64,000 nucleotides of DNA from an uncultured Woeseiaceae bacterium (GCA_964615665.1 CAZTQL010000001.1:7977-71976); one strand, 5' to 3'. Shown: positions 55,892 through 64,000, counted from the first letter of the stretch. A program made the numbers and translations. The notes: generated by a model from the letters alone, not told the origin.

Positions 55892-58012
55892 ATGTTGAAT
55901 AGAACGAACCGATTCACTCCTGCTCTCTTCGCGCTGTTGCCGCTTCTGGCGCCGGGCATTGGCATCGCCGAAGTCGACACCAGCGACTGGAAGTGTGAGT
56001 CGTGCCCGTTTGATGACGGCTACCGGGCCAATGTCAGCGCGGGCGCTACCTACGTCGGCGAGGATGGCGCTATTCGCTTCGGCAGCGCCACCGGGTATGA
56101 CGACAAGGGCGGCTACGCCAATGTCGACGGCCAGGGACGCTACGTCAGCGACGGCTACCGGCTCGACTGGACCCTCGAAGATCTTGGCCTCGACTCGCGC
56201 GTCTTCACTCTGGACGCCGGTCGTCAAGGTAGCTTCGGCGTGCACGTGGGTTATCGAGAGCTGCCCTACTGGCAATTCGATTCGACGCGGACTGTTTTCA
56301 ATTCCTCCACGTCCGACACGCTCACATTACCCTCCGACTGGGTGCCGGCAGGCCTGACCTCGGACATGACGCGGCTGTCATCGTCGCTGCGTCGACAAAA
56401 CATTGGCAGCGACCGGCAGATCATGGACATTGGGGGGGACTGGCAGCCGGCTGAGGCCTTCCGACTGTACGCCGACTTCCAACGCCAGAATCGGGATGGC
56501 ATCGACATTACCGCCGGCTCGAGCTACACGCAGGCGTCTCTGCTGCCGCGCTGGATCGATTACGAGACCGACCAGATCGACGCTGGCATCCGGTATGGCA
56601 CAGCTCGCTCAAGTCTGACGCTGGCGTATTTCGGCTCGTCTTTTACGAACCAGAACCCATCGATCACCTGGGACACGCCGTTTACCTCCGGCCCCGGCAC
56701 TGAGCAGCTGCGGGCAGCAACAGCGCCGGAAAACGAGTTCCAGCAGATCTCGCTGTCGGGTGCGTACCGCGCAACGATGTGGGACACCGTCCTTGCCTTC
56801 TCACTGGCGTCCGGCACCGGCAAACAAAACGAGACTTTCCTGCCTTACACGATCAACCCGAACGTGGGCGCGGGCGCGCTGCCGAAGAACTCTCTCGACG
56901 GCAAAGTCGACACGAGCAACTATGCGCTGACCGTAACGTCACGACCGTTTCCGAAGGCCCGGGTAAAACTCTCTTACCGCTATGACGACCGCGACAACAA
57001 GACGCCGCAGTCCGAATGGAACCGTGTCGTCGTCGACGTTTTCCAGGTCACAGATACCGAGCAGAATATACCTTACAGTTTCGAACGCTCGGCATTCTCG
57101 CTGAGTGGCGAGCTGTTGGTCTGGAAAGGCATTCGCGTTTCTGGTGGCTGGGATCGCAAAGAACTGAATCGCGATTATCAGGAGGTAGCGGAACAGACGA
57201 CTGACGCCGGCTGGGGACAGGCGAGCTGGAAACCGCTGGCGTGGCTCGACCTGCGCATTAAAGGCGGCGCGTCAGAACGTGACATTGATCGCTATAACGA
57301 AACACTTGCCGTCAGCTTCGGCCAGAACCCGCTGATGCGGAAATACAATCTGGCGTATCGCTACCGCAGCTACGGAGAGTTGAACGCGTCCATCACACCG
57401 GTTGAATCGCCGATCTCCCTCAGCACAACGGTTCTGTATGCCGACGATCGCTACAACCGATCCCAGCTGGGCATGACTGACAGCGAAGAGGTACGAGCAA
57501 CGGCTGACTTGAACTGGGCCGTCACTGACAACACCAGTTTTTTCCTGATGTACGGCTATGAAGACATCGATGCGCTGCAGCTTGGTTCCGAGCAAAACGG
57601 CTACTGGGATTGGAGCGCAAAACATGAAGACAGCTTCGACCATGTGGGCGGTGGTTTTCGCTGGCGCCAGGCCGAAGGCAAGCTCGATCTGCGCGTCGAC
57701 TTCAACCGCGGCAGTGGCAAGACGACGGTCGATCTCTTTAGTGTGAGTGGTGGAGAAAGCCGCCTGCCAGACCTGGAATCGACGCTCGACTCAGCGCGCG
57801 TCGAAGCGCGCTATCGCTGGAGCGAGCGTGTCGACGCTACGTTCGACTTGCGCTACGAGAGCTTTGAGGTTGACGACTACGCGCTGGTATCGCCCTCGAC
57901 AGTATCAACCGTGCTGACTCTGGGCGCCGAGCCCTACGACTACAAGGTATGGGCGGTGGGTTTCGGGATACGCTACAGCTTTGGCGGCGGTGAGATTACG
58001 TTAGCCGAATAG
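55892..58012 (+). CDS. mtrB: MtrB/PioB-family outer-membrane beta-barrel porin
   Basis: 706 aa with a signal peptide and the N-terminal CxxC motif (DWKCESCPF) known from Shewanella MtrB. The rest has an alternating beta-strand pattern rich in Y/W/D/R, with a C-terminal aromatic residue four positions from the end (...YSFGGGEITLAE). Confidence 0.88.
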   Translation: MLNRTNRFTPALFALLPLLAPGIGIAEVDTSDWKCESCPFDDGYRANVSAGATYVGEDGAIRFGSATGYDDKGGYANVDGQGRYVSDGYRLDWTLEDLGLDSRVFTLDAGRQGSFGVHVGYRELPYWQFDSTRTVFNSSTSDTLTLPSDWVPAGLTSDMTRLSSSLRRQNIGSDRQIMDIGGDWQPAEAFRLYADFQRQNRDGIDITAGSSYTQASLLPRWIDYETDQIDAGIRYGTARSSLTLAYFGSSFTNQNPSITWDTPFTSGPGTEQLRAATAPENEFQQISLSGAYRATMWDTVLAFSLASGTGKQNETFLPYTINPNVGAGALPKNSLDGKVDTSNYALTVTSRPFPKARVKLSYRYDDRDNKTPQSEWNRVVVDVFQVTDTEQNIPYSFERSAFSLSGELLVWKGIRVSGGWDRKELNRDYQEVAEQTTDAGWGQASWKPLAWLDLRIKGGASERDIDRYNETLAVSFGQNPLMRKYNLAYRYRSYGELNASITPVESPISLSTTVLYADDRYNRSQLGMTDSEEVRATADLNWAVTDNTSFFLMYGYEDIDALQLGSEQNGYWDWSAKHEDSFDHVGGGFRWRQAEGKLDLRVDFNRGSGKTTVDLFSVSGGESRLPDLESTLDSARVEARYRWSERVDATFDLRYESFEVDDYALVSPSTVSTVLTLGAEPYDYKVWAVGFGIRYSFGGGEITLAE

Positions 58013-58136
58013 GCCGGGCTTCGAACCCCGCACCTGAATCTACCGGGCCCCTTTCCTTTCAATATCTTGCGACGGCGGCGATTGGTGGAGTTTTACGGAA
58101 GATCAGTCCTTTCACTAACAGCATTCGGAGAAACAA

Positions 58137-58424
58137 ATGGCGAACGAGGGCTATCACGAACCAATTCAAGAACTCTCAGATGAGACGCGAGACATGCACC
58201 GAGCCATCACTTCTCTGATGGAGGAGCTGGAGGCCGTCGATTGGTATAACCAGAGAGTTGAAGCCTGTAAGGACAAGAACCTTAAAGCCATCCTTGCTCA
58301 CAATCGCGATGAAGAAAAGGAACACGCGGCCATGGTGTTGGAATGGATTCGCCGCAGTGACCCAACGTTTGACAAGGAATTGAAGGATTATCTTTTTACG
58401 GATAAACCTATCGTTCACGTGTAG
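58137..58424 (+). CDS. encapsulated-ferritin-fold (EncFtn-like) protein lacking a cargo-targeting tail
   Basis: 95 aa. HEPIQELSDETRDMHRAITSLMEELEAVDWYNQRV...ILAHNRDEEKEHAAMVLEWIRR closely parallels the EncFtn core. That core is recalled from the Rhodospirillum rubrum protein, with ferroxidase ligands in the EELEA and EEKEH motifs. The protein ends right after the core. Confidence 0.8.
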   Translation: MANEGYHEPIQELSDETRDMHRAITSLMEELEAVDWYNQRVEACKDKNLKAILAHNRDEEKEHAAMVLEWIRRSDPTFDKELKDYLFTDKPIVHV

Positions 58425-58592
58425 CTTAGAAAATGGCCGCTTATGGCTGCCTATCAAAGCGATGAATATTGCGGCACGTGAACGGCCGCTCTTGGTGAGA
58501 GCAGACGTTAGCCTTTTGCTCGATGGCTTAGCGAAAACGTAGCGATTGTACAAAGCTTGGCGGGTTTGGGTCGAATTTCTACTGTTACTTCT

Positions 58593-59636
58593 TCAAGCCT
58601 GCATGGCATCGCCGGGTGCCCGCCGGGCGATGTTCAGTTTCTTCTCCAGGAATTTCCTGAATGCCGGTTTCGCTGTGGGATCAATGATGTTGATGCCGCG
58701 CAGACCGGTGAGCTTCCAGACCAATTCAACGGCTGCCGACGTCGTGGTCGCAGGGCCGGTCACCAGATCCGGCGTCAGACCAAAGGCTCTTTGTACGCCA
58801 ACGACAGCATACGGATCAGACGCGCAAAGGATCGTACACACGACGTTATCGCCAAGCTCGTCCATCAGCGCCGCGCCATTGTACGGCTCAAGTGGTGACG
58901 CGCCCGCTTCGACAACGAGCAGGTCCGGCGCGCGTTCGTTAATGTGGTTTAACAGTGGCCGAATGGCGCGACGAAACTCCTCCTCCGGCACGATCGTTGA
59001 CGGTAACCCGGCGTCGACAAAATCGTAGATTTCTCTGGCGCCGGTTTTTGAATAACTGAGAATATCCCGGTAGCGGCCGGCGCCAGTAAGTTTGGTACCG
59101 ATGACAAACAACCCCGCACGATCCAGCTCTTTACAAACCCGTCGGCCGGCGGTTGTCTTGCCCGCCGACATCGATGTACCCACAAGCAGCAACGTGGGTA
59201 CGGCAAACTCGTGCGACGTTGCCGTTATCGCGAAGTCGCGCATACGAATCTTGGCGCCCTGCCGACACAGATGCCCTCGGTAGATCAATCCCAGGGGTTC
59301 CGGATACAATGTCGAATATGACGTGAAGCGCGCCATCAGTCCGGCGCTGGTCAGCGCGTGCATCTGGCCATCGTCACCGATCTTGCGCCAACTGCCGACT
59401 CCCTCGAGGGTTGCCGCGCGATCACCAAGAGCACCGACGACCCAATCGCCAGGTTCCACCTTGACCATATGACCCTGCCGATCCTCGATTTTGTAGAGGT
59501 CGGTCGGAATTCCCGCGACTTCTCCTTCCACATAGTCGCCCGTTGCCCATTTCGACCGATCAAGCTTTACAATGTCGAAGTTGCTGTTCGCAAAGTCCGC
59601 AATTCTCGACAGCGATCCGTAAACGCGGCTACTCAT
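58593..59636 (-). CDS. P-loop (Walker A) protein of unknown function, possibly DUF1611-like
   Basis: 347 aa with a central Walker A motif LLVGTSMSAGKTTAG. The N-terminal 150 aa are not recognisable. The stop overlaps the start of nothing, and its start overlaps the upstream M20 gene stop by 4 bp. Confidence 0.45.
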   Translation of the reverse strand: MSSRVYGSLSRIADFANSNFDIVKLDRSKWATGDYVEGEVAGIPTDLYKIEDRQGHMVKVEPGDWVVGALGDRAATLEGVGSWRKIGDDGQMHALTSAGLMARFTSYSTLYPEPLGLIYRGHLCRQGAKIRMRDFAITATSHEFAVPTLLLVGTSMSAGKTTAGRRVCKELDRAGLFVIGTKLTGAGRYRDILSYSKTGAREIYDFVDAGLPSTIVPEEEFRRAIRPLLNHINERAPDLLVVEAGASPLEPYNGAALMDELGDNVVCTILCASDPYAVVGVQRAFGLTPDLVTGPATTTSAAVELVWKLTGLRGINIIDPTAKPAFRKFLEKKLNIARRAPGDAMQA

Positions 59637-60811
59637 GACTGGCCTCCGTGATTGCCAAGCGGCGGCTCGATTAACAACATCGTCAACAATGCAGCACGCT
59701 CGAGTGTCTTACCGATCAGCAGGTGTTCGTGCGCGGCATGCGCGCCATCGCCAACCGGCCCGAGACCATCGAGTGTTGCGGTGTACTGGCTCGTTGTGTT
59801 GCCGTCGGAACCACCCCCGGTACGGACCTCGGTCAGGTCGAGCCCGAGTGCGGCGCCGCTCTCTTTCGCGATCTCCCAAAGCCGGCGATTGCGCGGCGTT
59901 GCTTCCATCGACGGACGGCCGATTGCACCGTCGATGTGGAGGCGTACGTTGGGCGTTGCCGGCTTCAGGCTATGGATACGACGTTCGATTTCTGCGCCGG
60001 CAGCAAGCGTCGGCACCCTGACGTCGACCACGGCTTTGCTGTGCGGTGCAATCACGTTCGGCTGAATGCCACCATCAATGGTGCCCACGTTTACCGTGAC
60101 CCCTTTTTTCACATCGTTCATGGTAAATAGCGCCTGAATGACGTGCGCCAGTTCGAGAATGGCGCTGGCTCCGGCTTCGGGATCCAGTCCGGCATGGGCC
60201 GCCTTGCCATGCACCGTGATGGTGAAACGACCGATGCCTTTGCGCTCCGTTTTCAATGCACCCTGTGCGCCGAGCGCCGGCTCCATAACCAGCGCCCGAT
60301 CAGCGCGTGAGGCGAGTCGTCGAATGTAGCGCGTTGAGCTGCGACTACCGATCTCCTCGTCGCAATTAACAAACACGACGGGCACGACCGGCGTTGCGAG
60401 CTCGAGATCGCGAATCGTGCGCAGCGCAAGAACTATCTGCGCAAGTCCGCCCTTCATATCGAAGGACCCCGGTCCATGAATAATGTCACCGTCGACAGTG
60501 AACGGCCGCGTGGCCAAAGTTCCAACCGGCCAGACCGTGTCGTAGTGGCCAATCAATAGCTGCAACGGTTGGCCTCGGGTCCTTTCAGCGGGCCGGGCAA
60601 ACACGTGGCGAGCTGTGTCCGCAAAACCCGTTTCGCGCGACTCATAGCCAGCCGCTGCCAGCGCCAGCCGCAGGATACGACGCGCTTCGTCGTGCGTCTC
60701 GGGATGCGCTGAAGGTGATTCCGCTTCGACGAGGTCCTTGATCAGACCAATCAGCGACGCTCTTTGCCCGTGGACGTACTCGAGAACCCTGGTCGCGGTG
60801 TTTGTAAGCAT
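59633..60811 (-). CDS. M20-family metallopeptidase (carboxypeptidase G2 / glutamate carboxypeptidase-like)
   Basis: 392 aa. Motifs LLIGHYDTVWP, GPGSFDMKGG and NCDEEIGS are M20 metal-ligand and catalytic motifs. Confidence 0.82.
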   Translation of the reverse strand: MLTNTATRVLEYVHGQRASLIGLIKDLVEAESPSAHPETHDEARRILRLALAAAGYESRETGFADTARHVFARPAERTRGQPLQLLIGHYDTVWPVGTLATRPFTVDGDIIHGPGSFDMKGGLAQIVLALRTIRDLELATPVVPVVFVNCDEEIGSRSSTRYIRRLASRADRALVMEPALGAQGALKTERKGIGRFTITVHGKAAHAGLDPEAGASAILELAHVIQALFTMNDVKKGVTVNVGTIDGGIQPNVIAPHSKAVVDVRVPTLAAGAEIERRIHSLKPATPNVRLHIDGAIGRPSMEATPRNRRLWEIAKESGAALGLDLTEVRTGGGSDGNTTSQYTATLDGLGPVGDGAHAAHEHLLIGKTLERAALLTMLLIEPPLGNHGGQS

Positions 60812-60818
60812 GCCGACA

Positions 60819-61451
60819 CTACTTCTTCATCGACTCCGGAAATGGGAAGGAATTCGAACGACTGATCTCAGCAAAGCGGCCCGGCGCCAGGTAGGCGATG
60901 AGTGGCGATGCATGGATGGTCTCCTGATCATCACCCTCGGCATGGCGCAGGAATTTATCATCGCCGTAGGCCGCAACGATCTCTCCGGTGATCAGGCAGT
61001 TTTCGCCAAAGCCATCGATCGTGCGGAAGTGTCGGCACTCAAAGTACAGGTAGCCGTCTTCGATGAACTGGCCGTCGATCTTACGCGCCGGGAAGGTCTT
61101 GAAATAATCGATGACCGGCTTGTCGCCGTGCGCCTGTCTCGGCGACGCCGCGAGACTGGTCATCAGAAGCTGCGAGGGCTTCGGGTAACTGACCGTAAAA
61201 ACACCGTCGCGCTCGATATTCTGGCAGGTGCTATGCCGCGGCGTACAGACGAAGCCGAAATAGTTCTGCCACCCCATTGGCGTCACCATATGCTTGGGCG
61301 CCAGATCGAGTGAACCATCCTCGTCGTAGGTGCCAATCAAGACCAGCGGCGCTACCGTAAAGAACTGTTCCCATACGGGCACACTGGTATCGATCTCGAC
61401 GATGTTCCTGCCCGTTGAAGATCCGTGCATGGCAATACCTGCTGCAATCAC
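60819..61451 (-). CDS. flavin reductase-like (FMN-binding split-barrel) protein
   Basis: 210 aa. The stretch FTVAPLVLIGTYDEDGSLDLAPKHMVTPMG...FGFVCTPRHSTCQNIERDGVFTVS is typical of the flavin-reductase domain. The start may be the internal MHGSS. Confidence 0.65.
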   Translation of the reverse strand: MIAAGIAMHGSSTGRNIVEIDTSVPVWEQFFTVAPLVLIGTYDEDGSLDLAPKHMVTPMGWQNYFGFVCTPRHSTCQNIERDGVFTVSYPKPSQLLMTSLAASPRQAHGDKPVIDYFKTFPARKIDGQFIEDGYLYFECRHFRTIDGFGENCLITGEIVAAYGDDKFLRHAEGDDQETIHASPLIAYLAPGRFAEISRSNSFPFPESMKK

Positions 61452-61551
61452 ACGCCTGACTTCACGCTAGTCCCCGTAAGCATTGATGCAAATAGGTAAT
61501 TGTCCTACTCTGCGTCGCTCTAGACGCAGCAAATCATTTTCAGGAGTAACA

Positions 61552-61980
61552 ATGGGTCAGGCGAAATCAGGCGACACAGTACGAATTCATTACACCGGTA
61601 CGTTGGACGACGGCACACAATTTGACAGCTCCAGCGGCCGTGATCCGCTCGAGTTTGCGCTCGGCGGGGGCCAGGTCATTCCGGGTTTTGACGCTGCCGT
61701 CAGCGGCATGAGCGTTGGTGAAAGCAAGTCGGTCACGATTGCGCCGGGGGATGCTTACGGCGAACGTCACGAAAAGCTCGTGCAGCAGGTTCCGCGCGAC
61801 ATCCTCCCAGAAGATATGGATCCCGCCGTGGGCATGCAGTTGCAAAGCCAGTCACCAGACGGCCAGGTCATGAATCTCGTGATTGCCGAGGTCGCCGACG
61901 ATACGATTACCGTGGATGCCAACCATCCGCTGGCGGGCTTCGCCCTGACCTTCGCGATCGAGCTCGTCGAAATTGTCTGA
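61552..61980 (+). CDS. slyD: SlyD-type FKBP peptidyl-prolyl cis-trans isomerase (no His-rich tail)
   Basis: The ATG at 61552 is preceded by AGGAG. VRIHYTGTLDDGTQFDSS...LEFALGGGQVIPGFD...ANHPLAG marks an FKBP domain with an IF-chaperone insertion. Confidence 0.85.
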   Translation: MGQAKSGDTVRIHYTGTLDDGTQFDSSSGRDPLEFALGGGQVIPGFDAAVSGMSVGESKSVTIAPGDAYGERHEKLVQQVPRDILPEDMDPAVGMQLQSQSPDGQVMNLVIAEVADDTITVDANHPLAGFALTFAIELVEIV

Positions 61981-62037
61981 GAGGGAAATCGTCTGACAGG
62001 CTGGCGCACCGTTAAGTCGCTGCCGAGGGATATCAGG

Positions 62038-63039
62038 TCAGCAGATTCGCGGCAGTGGATCGTCTTCGAGTTCTTCCAGAAAACGCTCGCCACCGAGCGG
62101 GGTTTCCAGAATGACGCGCTGCATCGCCGAGGTTATTCGACCCATGCGTGCTGCGTCTTTGCCCGCCGGAATGGCGCGCCAGATGGACAACGCCTCGTCG
62201 ACCTGATCTTCGGCGATGACCGCGACGACACGCCCTTCGCAAGCCAGGTAGTAGGGATCGTAGCCGAGCATCTCGCAGACCGACTGCACCTGCTCGCGGA
62301 CGGGAATGGTCGCTTCAAAGCGCACGCCGAGCCCCGTGGCTTTGACAATCTCGTGACCGATCGAGGCAATGCCACCGCGTGTCGGGTCGCGCATAAAACG
62401 CAATCCGTCGAGTGCCAGCAACGGCTCGGTCAACTCCATCACCGAGGCAGCGTCCGACACCAGGTCACCACGCAGGCCGAATTCTTCACGCGCCAGCATC
62501 ACGGCTGTGCCGTGATCGCCGACCGGACCGCTTACGATCATGGCATCGCCGTCCTGAATATGGCGCATCGCCGGGCGAACGCCCGGCAAGCGCACACCGA
62601 CACCGGTCGTTGCCAGGTAAATGCCGCCGCCCTCGCCGCGAGGCAACACCTTGGTGTCGCCCGCACTGATCCTTACGCCTGCCGCCTCGGCGGCTGCGGC
62701 AAGACTCCCAACGATACGTACCAGGCGCTCCATCTCGAAACCCTCCTCGATAAAGGCGTTCAGGGTCAGGTACATGGGCCGCGCGCCGGCCACCGCAAGA
62801 TCGTTGGTCGTGCCATGCACGGCAAGCGAACCAATATTGCCGCCAGGGAATTCCAATGGCTGAACGGTGAAGCCATCCGTGGTGATCATGACTTCCCCAC
62901 CGGCAAGATCGATCGGCACCGCATCGGCCTGCACATCGAGCTCACTCGCCGCCAGCTGGTGAGCGAAAACTTCCTCGATGAGCTCGCGCATGAAGCGCCC
63001 GCCGTTGCCGTGAGCCAGAGAAATACGGTCATCTTCCAT
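62038..63039 (-). CDS. hypE: [NiFe]-hydrogenase maturation protein HypE
   Basis: The ATG at 63039 (GGGAG upstream) gives MEDDRISLAHGNGGRFMRELI. The AIR-synthase-like fold and the invariant C-terminal PRIC support the call. Confidence 0.92.
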   Translation of the reverse strand: MEDDRISLAHGNGGRFMRELIEEVFAHQLAASELDVQADAVPIDLAGGEVMITTDGFTVQPLEFPGGNIGSLAVHGTTNDLAVAGARPMYLTLNAFIEEGFEMERLVRIVGSLAAAAEAAGVRISAGDTKVLPRGEGGGIYLATTGVGVRLPGVRPAMRHIQDGDAMIVSGPVGDHGTAVMLAREEFGLRGDLVSDAASVMELTEPLLALDGLRFMRDPTRGGIASIGHEIVKATGLGVRFEATIPVREQVQSVCEMLGYDPYYLACEGRVVAVIAEDQVDEALSIWRAIPAGKDAARMGRITSAMQRVILETPLGGERFLEELEDDPLPRIC

Positions 63040-63043
63040 TACG

Positions 63044-64000
63044 TCATGCTCCCACCGAACGAGCGGCAATTTCTGCCGCCTGACCAAAACTGAGTGCAGC
63101 ATCGTTGCAGGGTAACTGCTCCGGAATACAGACATGAAAACCCGCGTTCGTAAGCCGCTGCAGCGCCTGCTCGGTCAGCACGCGATTCTGAAACACGCCG
63201 CCGCACAAGCCAATCTGCTTGAAGTCGTATTGCTCACGCACAACGAGTGCTTGCCGACAGATCGCATCAGCAACGCTGCTGTGAAAAATCTCGGCGCGCT
63301 CGGCCGGACTGACGCTTTCGTCGGTCAGCAGTTCCAGCAACGGCTGCCAGTCACAGCGAAGCACGCCGGCGTCGTCAGGTTGAATGGGTAATTCAATAGG
63401 AGTTCTCACCTGGCGACATAAGGACTCGAGAACCATCGGCCCCTGTGCCTCAAAACTGGTCTGCGACAGATCACAAACCAGCGCTGCCGCTGCGTCAAAC
63501 AGCCGGCCAGCGGCGCTCGTCATGGGTGCGTTAATCTGCTGGCGCCACGCCGCTTCGGCCAGTCCATCACTATCCGGGGCCGCCTTCCAGGGTAATCCAG
63601 CCTCCCAATGCAGTGCCGCAGCGCTACGCCACGGTTCGCGGCCGGCCCGTTCGCCACCGGGCAAGCGAAACGTCCTCAAGCTCGCGACCCGATTCCAGCA
63701 ACCTGCGACTCCGTGCAACGCTTCACCGCCCCAGAGCGTGCCGTCATCCCCAAGCCCGACACCATCCCAGGCGAACATCAGCCAGTTTCCCGGCCGCTCG
63801 TATTCGGCGGCGACGGCACTGGCGTGCGCCGCGTGATGCCAGACTTCGTCGACCGGCAAATCCGCTTGCTGCCGCGCCCACTTGCTGGTCGTGTAGCCGG
63901 CATGCGCGTCGCAGACAATACGCTCAGCGCGCACGCCGTAGAGCGACTGCAGATCGCGGGCTAGCTGCTCGAAAACGGTCAGGCTTCTCGGGCTATCCAT
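63044..64000 (-). CDS. hypF: carbamoyltransferase HypF, C-terminal part (5' end beyond the window)
   Basis: 318 aa open to the window edge. It shows a Kae1/YrdC-like C-terminal region of HypF (GLCGGVFQNRVL..., NDAALSFGQA) and lies immediately upstream of hypE. Confidence 0.85.
   Translation of the reverse strand: MDSPRSLTVFEQLARDLQSLYGVRAERIVCDAHAGYTTSKWARQQADLPVDEVWHHAAHASAVAAEYERPGNWLMFAWDGVGLGDDGTLWGGEALHGVAGCWNRVASLRTFRLPGGERAGREPWRSAAALHWEAGLPWKAAPDSDGLAEAAWRQQINAPMTSAAGRLFDAAAALVCDLSQTSFEAQGPMVLESLCRQVRTPIELPIQPDDAGVLRCDWQPLLELLTDESVSPAERAEIFHSSVADAICRQALVVREQYDFKQIGLCGGVFQNRVLTEQALQRLTNAGFHVCIPEQLPCNDAALSFGQAAEIAARSVGA

Noticed and set aside
41607-58012. Mobile-element boundaries (integrase, transposase, tRNA, direct repeats) flanking the cytochrome island
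   Set aside because: None are visible in the window. By eye the GC content of the island looks like that of the surrounding genes, except for the EncFtn-like gene. No claim of recent horizontal transfer is made for the island as a whole.
58425-58592. Rho-independent terminator between the convergent EncFtn-like and P-loop genes
   Set aside because: Only weak stems are present (gcggc-N9-gccgc; agcc-N11-ggct) and neither has a following T-run. This is not sufficient to call a terminator.
58425-59636. Search for an encapsulin shell gene or cargo tail next to the EncFtn-like gene
   Set aside because: The 168-bp downstream gap encodes nothing longer than about 10 aa. The next gene is convergent and is a P-loop protein, not an HK97-fold shell.
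62353-63093. 246-aa + strand ORF
   Set aside because: It is antisense to hypE, which is validated by the N-terminal LAHGNGG and the C-terminal PRIC.

Overview
GC-rich chromosomal window (about 60% GC by eye) with roughly 58 densely packed protein genes. I found no rRNA, tRNA, CRISPR array, transposase or integrase. The gene content (Na+-NQR with apbE and nqrM, Na+-pumping oxaloacetate decarboxylase, menA, hemN, hypFE) suggests a facultatively anaerobic, probably marine or sediment Gammaproteobacterium-like organism; that placement is inference.

Most of the window is ordinary metabolism: glpK, acetoacetyl-CoA synthetase, a lactate-type FMN dehydrogenase, ctaA, hemN, ilvE, a beta-alanine-type transaminase/mmsA module, several secreted peptidases and hydrolases, and the nqrABCDEF-apbE-nqrM operon.

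The standout is a respiratory island of about 16.4 kb at 41607-58012. On the + strand it carries a Shewanella-type mtrC-mtrA-mtrB outer-membrane decaheme conduit. Diverging from it on the minus strand is a nine-gene string:
- a diheme cytochrome c and an NTF2-like protein;
- a 951-aa fusion of a 19-heme cytochrome c to a cytochrome b;
- a 623-aa fusion of an 11-heme cytochrome c to a cytochrome b;
- a 3-TM NapC/NirT-type (ImcH-like) hexaheme protein with one atypical CX3CH site;
- a type-B diheme-b succinate:quinone / quinol:fumarate oxidoreductase (CAB).

I count 58 c-heme attachment motifs in six proteins. The locus pairs Geobacter-style inner-membrane quinol oxidases (CbcL-like, ImcH-like) with a Shewanella-style outer-membrane conduit. 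No CymA-type tetraheme gene is present in the window. Whether this arrangement is already described cannot be decided without database searches.

Secondary curiosities:
- an encapsulated-ferritin-fold (EncFtn) gene with no cargo tail and no encapsulin shell gene, immediately after mtrB;
- a Hanks kinase with four tandem zinc ribbons, paired with a PP2C phosphatase;
- a Gly/Ser-repeat acidic lipoprotein;
- a GT2 plus GT-C/TPR glycosylation pair translationally coupled to oadGAB.
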